Below are positions 62,795-62,887 of a stretch of DNA of 62,887 nt, one piece after another. This DNA comes from Aplysia californica (lineage: Eukaryota), in the NCBI RefSeq assembly GCF_000002075.1, contig NW_004797283.1, positions 647,929 through 710,815 of the forward strand. The letters are read 5' to 3'. Under the pieces are notes generated by a model that was given only the letters and a program-made list of their open reading frames with translations, made no database searches and was not told the origin of the DNA. Position 1 is the stretch's first letter. Every line of letters begins with the position of its first letter. A program made the position numbers and the translations under genes.

Positions 62795-62887
62795 ATAATA
62801 ACAACTTCAACAACAACAATAATAATACTAATAACAATAATGCAAATGATATGAATAATAATAACAATAACAATAATAATAACAACA
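62795..62887. repeat. Degenerate (AAT/AAC)n repeat
   Basis: Direct reading. Confidence 0.85.

Overview
Repeat-rich invertebrate genomic DNA with assembly gaps. It is probably molluscan (gastropod-like); this is inferred from the SINE/LINE repertoire and a mosaic CpG pattern. The main structure is a tandem duplication of a 9-exon CIR1 gene (corepressor interacting with RBPJ 1) on the + strand. Copy B (38608-49445) splices to an intact 340-aa ORF. Copy A (16805-33092) keeps every GT-AG boundary but has an in-frame TAG in exon 7, a 1-nt frameshift in exon 9, many substitutions in the conserved Cir_N region, an intron 1 expanded about 8-fold by nested insertions, and a LINE-disrupted 3' UTR. The window ends with a ~1.15-kb terminal coding exon of an unidentified minus-strand gene (61323-62476). 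The rest is SINEs, RTE and RNase-H-type LINE fragments, pogo/Tigger and other MITEs, and microsatellites. The most unusual items are a foldback-like element built from 30-bp perfect palindromes with a 9-bp TSD, a stop codon that is also a potential in-frame splice acceptor, and an RTE insertion with a 43-bp TSD and an inverted tail at its 5' junction. No CRISPR, rRNA or convincing tRNA gene was found. All alignments and counts were done by eye, and family names come from recalled motifs, not database searches.
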